DNA from: an uncultured Bacteriovoracaceae bacterium
Lineage (GTDB): Bacteria; Bdellovibrionota; Bacteriovoracia; Bacteriovoracales; Bacteriovoracaceae
DNA: 11,418 bases
Assembly (NCBI GenBank): GCA_964012805.1
Contig: CAXGUD010000077.1
Coordinates: forward strand, 1-11,418
Direction of reading: 5' to 3'
Position 1 is the first letter of the stretch. Each line of letters begins with the position of its first letter. Under the pieces are notes generated by a model. The model saw only the letters and a program-made list of their open reading frames with translations. It searched no databases and was not told the DNA's origin. The translations under genes and the position numbers were made by a program. Shown here one piece after another: positions 6,187 through 11,418 of the stretch.

Positions 6187-9021
6187 TTGAGCAAAAAGTC
6201 GACACTTTTAAATTCTTGGCTAGAGCTCGAATCGACTCCTCACGGATCAGTTGAATCTAAAGACCAACAATTCAAATCAAGTTCTGGAATAAAAAAAAAC
6301 CTTTTTGATCAGTATTTAACTCCTGGGTGGACAGGGGATAGCCTAAATTCGAAACAAACTTTGGCAATCAAAAGATTTTTGGACGAACTTAAGGAAGAGT
6401 CGAAGTCACAATTCCTATCGCTTCAGGGCTTTAATAAATCTTTACAACTTTCAATTTACAATGAATTTCTTGAATTCTCTCACAAGTATGGAGAAAGCAG
6501 TCAAGATTATGGCAACTATGTTGAGTTTTTCAGACAGATTAAATTTAGCCATTCCGCTAACCGCAGTTTTTTAAATGATTTTATAGATACCTTTTGCTTT
6601 AGAACAGCTGCTACCTACCTTCTAAGGGTAAGGTTTATTATATTTTTAACCAATGAAGCTGGTATTCGACTTAACCAAAATAATTTGCTCAACCCACTCT
6701 CTTTTATTACCACAATCTTTAAAAAAGGGAGTTCCTTTGAGCTTTTATGTGATTCACTCCAAAAAAACCAATACAGCTGGTTTAGACCTCCAAGTTATTT
6801 AGCAGAAAAAGTTTCCTCTATCTCTAATAAATTTTTAGGAATTCCAGTCACCGAAATTTTTAAAATATTTCAAGAGCCCCTTCTAGAAATAGATAAGCTA
6901 AAAGGTAAACAAGACAGATACTCCCACACACTCTCTCATAAAGCATTTGGCAACTTTATTGACAAGATACTCATTCATTTACCCCAATGGCTTCGACCAA
7001 AAGAAGAAACCTTAAAGATAAATCCCTGGGAAACATTTAGAGAAACTGAAACGCCTAAAAGCTTAAATACAAAATACTCTGGTGAAAACCTCTCTTCTTT
7101 CATTCTTTCTCATTGGCTTAGCCAAGAAATTAATCTTCCGAATAATGAAGAATTTAATTGGGAATACCTCTTATCACCTGATTTCATTGGAGATGACCAA
7201 GACAGTGTCACCTTTGTAAAAATTTCCAACGAACTTCAGTTTTTAACCTTGATAGTACAGTTAGCAAAAAAACAAAATTATGATCCCGCCCTCTTAATTA
7301 GTCGGATAATAAGAGAGAAGGAAAATCAAAATCACGATGAGATCAACGGTCAAATGTCCATGTTCTCATCACAGGAAGTGAAAACTGAAAATAACTACAA
7401 GAGAATTGTCTTAAATCTAACTACTCTGCCCAAAAAGAATCCCCATCATTTCCTACTAAGTAGAATTCAACAGGAAATCAAAGTTCTTCATAACGACGGG
7501 TTCATATATATTTTCTCAAACCAAAACCTCTTTGTTCCAAGTCAAAGTGACAAAGTTGAGCAATTTTTCCAAAAGTTCAAATTGGAAGCTTCCTTCTGCT
7601 TTGAAAACCTTAAAGGGAGAGGTGAAATTCCGGCGAACCTCTACATACTGTCAAAACGCAAATTAGAAGATGCTTTCCCACAAACTTTCCAAAATGGTCC
7701 TCATAAAATAGAATCTTGCCTAACTTTTCGATGGAGTGGTTACCTAACATCATTCCAGAAATTTTCAGAACTTGTTTCAGAGCTTGAGAATACACTTAAA
7801 ACCAAATCTCCTCAAACAACCCCTCTTTATCAAAAACAAGTTTCTGAAAACCTCTCCTTTGAATTTCACCAAGATGCTATTCTTGAAGGCAAGCTTCTTC
7901 ATTCTCATAACCAAGACCCAAATAAGATTACTCATCCCAACTTCTTTAGAAACTTGGCCAAATCATGTTTTTCATTTGACCAATTTTTTACTGTTGAAAA
8001 TATTAATGGTGAATCTGCAAGCTCTCCAAAAAATGAATTCACTTCAAGCTTACTTGGGTTGAACTTTAAAAAGACAGAAGATTATCCCTATGTAGTTCTG
8101 ATTGATTTTAGAAACCAAGCCAACATCAACATTGAAGTTATCTCTGGTGATTCTTACAAAGCGGAAATGGAAAAGTATGGTACAGCTTTCTTTCAATACT
8201 TTGGCATAATTCCCAAAAGACGTGACATTAATATTAATGCATTTAGAGAGTATTTTAACTCTGAACTTGGGCACCAAATTATTCAACTTTCTTTAAATGG
8301 CGGTTTTACCAAAGTAAAATCTAAACTTAGGGCGCTCCTCATCCCCAAATTCTTTCTTGAAAAACCAGAAGTACCTACATCACTTATCGAAGACCTGGAT
8401 TTTCTTAAAATTTCACCAAAAGTTATATTGGAAACTCATCCTCAAAGCTTAAAGGAGCTTCTGACATATAAACATAACTCATTAGAAAAGTGGTCCAAAA
8501 GCCATCCTCACCATACTCTTTGCCTGCTTTCATTTTTTAAGCAGAACATTGAGGATAGCCTCAAAAAAAGTCAATTTAAAAGGGCTGAATCAATCAATTA
8601 TAATAATCCAATTATTCTAGAACCTCTTTTAAAACTTGATCTTCACTCACTTACAAATAATAAAGAGGTTTTCATTGATTTTAAGTCGAGGAACTTAAAT
8701 ACTCCTCTTACAAAAGTTAACCAAAAGAGGAATGAAGAAGGTGACTATTATTTATCTTTAGAGTCCAACAAACAGGTAATTCTAGAGTTTTACTCATCTA
8801 AAGAATTGACTTCATTTATCAAGTTTCTTCTAGACCCATTTTCTGACCACTCTATTTTGAATATCATACAAAATCTTCAGGTTCCTACTAATGAACAGTT
8901 GAAAGAAGTTATTTCTAACTTTGAGTCCATGAAACATGCCCTTGAATCGACCTACAAAGAATCCCAATTGATAATTTCAAAAATATTATTTCACCAAATC
9001 TCTAGTTCATCCATTAGCTAA
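6187..9021 (+). CDS. Large hypothetical protein resembling a degenerate type IIG/Eco57I-like N6-adenine methyltransferase plus TaqI-like target-recognition domain
   Basis: 944 aa, TTG start with GGGGA RBS (6176-6180). Helical TAATYLLRVRFIIFL...YSWF region. MTase C-half pattern RIVLN...FLLSRIQQEIKVLHNDGFIYIFSNQNLF...IPANLYILSK. TRD-like YFGII...YFNSELG...GG...LRALLIP. No intact motif I (DPxxGxG) or motif IV (NPPY). The CDS is secure; the family call is by eye. Confidence 0.6.
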   Translation: MSKKSTLLNSWLELESTPHGSVESKDQQFKSSSGIKKNLFDQYLTPGWTGDSLNSKQTLAIKRFLDELKEESKSQFLSLQGFNKSLQLSIYNEFLEFSHKYGESSQDYGNYVEFFRQIKFSHSANRSFLNDFIDTFCFRTAATYLLRVRFIIFLTNEAGIRLNQNNLLNPLSFITTIFKKGSSFELLCDSLQKNQYSWFRPPSYLAEKVSSISNKFLGIPVTEIFKIFQEPLLEIDKLKGKQDRYSHTLSHKAFGNFIDKILIHLPQWLRPKEETLKINPWETFRETETPKSLNTKYSGENLSSFILSHWLSQEINLPNNEEFNWEYLLSPDFIGDDQDSVTFVKISNELQFLTLIVQLAKKQNYDPALLISRIIREKENQNHDEINGQMSMFSSQEVKTENNYKRIVLNLTTLPKKNPHHFLLSRIQQEIKVLHNDGFIYIFSNQNLFVPSQSDKVEQFFQKFKLEASFCFENLKGRGEIPANLYILSKRKLEDAFPQTFQNGPHKIESCLTFRWSGYLTSFQKFSELVSELENTLKTKSPQTTPLYQKQVSENLSFEFHQDAILEGKLLHSHNQDPNKITHPNFFRNLAKSCFSFDQFFTVENINGESASSPKNEFTSSLLGLNFKKTEDYPYVVLIDFRNQANINIEVISGDSYKAEMEKYGTAFFQYFGIIPKRRDININAFREYFNSELGHQIIQLSLNGGFTKVKSKLRALLIPKFFLEKPEVPTSLIEDLDFLKISPKVILETHPQSLKELLTYKHNSLEKWSKSHPHHTLCLLSFFKQNIEDSLKKSQFKRAESINYNNPIILEPLLKLDLHSLTNNKEVFIDFKSRNLNTPLTKVNQKRNEEGDYYLSLESNKQVILEFYSSKELTSFIKFLLDPFSDHSILNIIQNLQVPTNEQLKEVISNFESMKHALESTYKESQLIISKILFHQISSSSIS

Positions 9022-9107
9022 AAAGATCCCCACCTTGTTTACACCAAGTTATTTTTTATGGAAAAATGAACTCTCCAGCTAATACTTAACCTCTAAGGTC
9101 ATAAGTC

Positions 9108-10772
9108 ATGAGTAGCCAATTTACTCTAAGAAAAAAAAATAAAACTCCGCAGAAGGACATATACAACTATATGAAGAGAAAAGCCCTTGGTTATGAGGGT
9201 AAAATTTCACATGACTTAAAAACCTATAGATTAAACCAAAAAAAATTCTCAAATAGGCCTTTCGAATTAGTTAAACTTGAAGAACTTATAAATGCCCTCC
9301 ATGAATCCAAAATTGCTTATCTCGGAGACTTTCATACTTTTGATGAAAATAGTAAGAATTTAAAACGAATCATTAAAGCGCTTTATGAAAAAGCTGGTAC
9401 TCTTACTCTTGGAATGGAAATAGTCCATGAAAAGAACCAGGAAGAAATAACAAGGTACCTCAAAGGAACCATTACAGAATTAGAGTTTTTAGAAGGTATT
9501 AACTATCATGACTCCTGGAGGTTTCCTTGGAACCATTATAAAACACTTTTTGATCTTGCAAAAAAACATGGTTTTGAGATTGTCGCACTAAACTCAGAAG
9601 GCACACTTAAAGAAAGAGACGAAAAAGCAGCTGAAATTATTGTATCTCATAAAAAAAGACACCCGAATTCTAATATGCTTGTACTTTTTGGTGAGCTCCA
9701 TATTATACCAAACAAGATCCCTCAACTAGTCTCCCAGAAAATGAAGGATATTCACCAAACCATTATTCATCAAAATTTAGACGAAGTTTTTTGGAAATTA
9801 GATAGCATGAATAAAGTTGGTGGATGGAATGATAGAATCGTAAAATTTAACTCAAAAGAGTTTTGTCTTCAAACATCAATGCCTTGGATAAAATACGAGA
9901 GTATGATCTATTGGTATGAGAACCTATGTGAAGATCCAGAGTTTGACCTCCATCAATATATTATTGAAACTGGGTCGAAACTTTTTAGTAGTAACATTCA
10001 GGAAAACTTCCTTCTTATTCTTCAAAAAATAACAAGCCAACTGAATCTTGAAATTTCAGATTCAGACCTTGAAAACTTTAATTTATATGATCACCAGAAA
10101 ATAAACATAATACTACATATTGTTAACGCTCTTAACCGTCAGCCTCTTGTAAATTTTTACGTAAAACTTATTATGAGAGGGAAAAGTTTTAAAATCCCAT
10201 TTAGTAATGAATATTACTGCTCAAATTATTCCGTAAATAGGATTTCATTCCTTGCAGGCCAACATATACAATACATCCTTTCAAATAAGTTAAGTCTAAA
10301 AAATAGAGAAAAAGTCATATTAGGTAAAAACCAGATCAATAAGTTTCTATTTTTTCTTTATCAAAACATATCAGCCTATTTATCTTCTAAAATTATTAAC
10401 CCTTATAGAAAATGTAACTTATATCAAGACTTTAAAATAGAAATACAATCAAATAAAACGTCTCCAACCGAAGTAAAATTACTTAAGATCTGTATTGATA
10501 TATTGGATAAGAAGGATTTATTAGATGAAGCTTATCTTAAAATCACCTTTAAAGGGCTTTCCATAGCAAACCTTTTTAAAATATGTAAATCTCTGGGTTA
10601 TTTGATGAGTGACTTTATTTTTGAAGAATTTTTTAAAAAAAATCACCCACATTTTCCTGAAATTAAAAACAATATTTTTATCGAAAACTACTCCATTGAA
10701 AGTTTAAAAAAAGTTATTAAATTAATCTTTCCTAACAAAGAGTATATTGGACAAAAAAAGAGGTTTTTTTAA
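9108..10772 (+). CDS. ChaN-family (EreA/ChaN/TIKI fold) protein, cytoplasmic, with an uncharacterised C-terminal extension of about 330 aa
   Basis: 554 aa. IAYLGDFH, LTLGME, FL...WRFPWNHYKTLFDLAKKHGFEIVALN, ERDEKAAEII and LVLFGELH match the ChaN/DUF399 pattern. No signal peptide or lipobox. AAGGT RBS. Confidence 0.8.
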   Translation: MSSQFTLRKKNKTPQKDIYNYMKRKALGYEGKISHDLKTYRLNQKKFSNRPFELVKLEELINALHESKIAYLGDFHTFDENSKNLKRIIKALYEKAGTLTLGMEIVHEKNQEEITRYLKGTITELEFLEGINYHDSWRFPWNHYKTLFDLAKKHGFEIVALNSEGTLKERDEKAAEIIVSHKKRHPNSNMLVLFGELHIIPNKIPQLVSQKMKDIHQTIIHQNLDEVFWKLDSMNKVGGWNDRIVKFNSKEFCLQTSMPWIKYESMIYWYENLCEDPEFDLHQYIIETGSKLFSSNIQENFLLILQKITSQLNLEISDSDLENFNLYDHQKINIILHIVNALNRQPLVNFYVKLIMRGKSFKIPFSNEYYCSNYSVNRISFLAGQHIQYILSNKLSLKNREKVILGKNQINKFLFFLYQNISAYLSSKIINPYRKCNLYQDFKIEIQSNKTSPTEVKLLKICIDILDKKDLLDEAYLKITFKGLSIANLFKICKSLGYLMSDFIFEEFFKKNHPHFPEIKNNIFIENYSIESLKKVIKLIFPNKEYIGQKKRFF

Positions 10773-10809
10773 AATGCCTATAGAAAACGTTTCAACCTAA
10801 TTGAACAAC

Positions 10810-11418
10810 CTAAATAAACTGACTTTGTTTTTTGATATCTTTAGATCTATCTACAATTTGCGTTCTCTTTTCCCTCGTGAGGGTTAATCGTAACTTCGAC
10901 CCGACCACCCCAATTCCAGGTTTTTTCATATTTTCAAAAGTCAATTTGCTTTCATTTTCCTTTGCCAAAGAATTTACTATAGTAAGTTCTATTCCTAGCG
11001 CCTTTTCGAACTTATCTTCTCCTAGTTTTTCCAAACCTAGCTGATCTAAAATTAATTCCTTTGGAAAAGGTCTTCCTAAATAACTGATCTCAACTAGTAC
11101 TGTGCCACCTAATTTTTTTAAATTAATTGTTATTTTCTTTTCCTGCACAGTTTCACTTGCATTAACTGCATTTAATATCAAGTAGTAAAACATTTGCTCT
11201 AAACTTTCTTGCTCTATCTGAACAAAGATATTATCCTCGACGTTAAGATCTAGTTTAATTCCTTGTGTGAATATCTTCCCTGAGTGAATATCTATTACTT
11301 TCGATAAAACAGTATCCAAAAGAATACTGCTATTAGACTTTTTAGAACTAATTTCTTCAAAAACATGTTCCGATAACTTCTTTTCCAAGTCTTGTTTTTC
11401 AATCTGTTCTTCTTTTTC
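10810..11418 (-). CDS. C-terminal part of a sensor-histidine-kinase-like protein (degenerate HATPase_c domain); 5' end outside window
   Basis: The frame is open beyond the track start at 11388 to the window edge (EKEEQIEKQDLEK...). LEQMFYYLILNAVNA (N box), KKITINL...VLVEIS, GIELTIVNSLA and GSKLRLTL follow the HATPase_c order. Confidence 0.75.
   Translation of the reverse strand, partial: EKEEQIEKQDLEKKLSEHVFEEISSKKSNSSILLDTVLSKVIDIHSGKIFTQGIKLDLNVEDNIFVQIEQESLEQMFYYLILNAVNASETVQEKKITINLKKLGGTVLVEISYLGRPFPKELILDQLGLEKLGEDKFEKALGIELTIVNSLAKENESKLTFENMKKPGIGVVGSKLRLTLTREKRTQIVDRSKDIKKQSQFI

Noticed and set aside
7610..8286. Short ORFs 7610-7795 (-), 7772-8062 (+) and 8050-8286 (-)
   Set aside because: All lie inside the 944-aa CDS and have no recognisable motifs.
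6187..9021. Functional restriction-modification enzyme, or conversely a pseudogene
   Set aside because: No NPPY/DPPY, SAM glycine loop or nuclease motif is visible, yet the ORF is uninterrupted and has an RBS.
10789..10809. Hairpin ttcaa-cctaa-ttgaa between convergent genes, and a weak cttg/caag stem near 9034-9048
   Set aside because: The stems are short and AT-rich, too weak to call as intrinsic terminators.
10832..11044. 70-aa plus-strand ORF
   Set aside because: Antisense to the kinase-like CDS, with no independent evidence.

Overview
AT-rich bacterial chromosomal window. Gene style suggests a Bdellovibrionota/Bacteriovoracia-like organism (inference only). A minus-strand gene run (5939 to 1) encodes an acidic, Pro/Glu-rich, probably disordered protein behind a candidate sigma-28 promoter, then rsmD, coaD, a divergent class I/II PLP aminotransferase, a Cys-rich lipoprotein and a translationally coupled PorV/FadL/TraF-like outer-membrane beta-barrel. 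The barrel is missing from the ORF track because it runs off the window. Transcribed divergently on the plus strand are a 944-aa protein that looks like a catalytically dead type IIG/Eco57I-like DNA methyltransferase-TRD and a cytoplasmic ChaN/EreA/TIKI-fold protein with a long C-terminal extension. The window ends in the C-terminus of a convergent histidine-kinase-like protein with degenerate ATP-binding boxes. No RNA genes, CRISPR arrays or mobile elements were seen. Best leads: the pseudo-methyltransferase plus TIKI-fold pair, the lipoprotein plus barrel pair, and the acidic scaffold-like protein with a thrice-repeated short motif.
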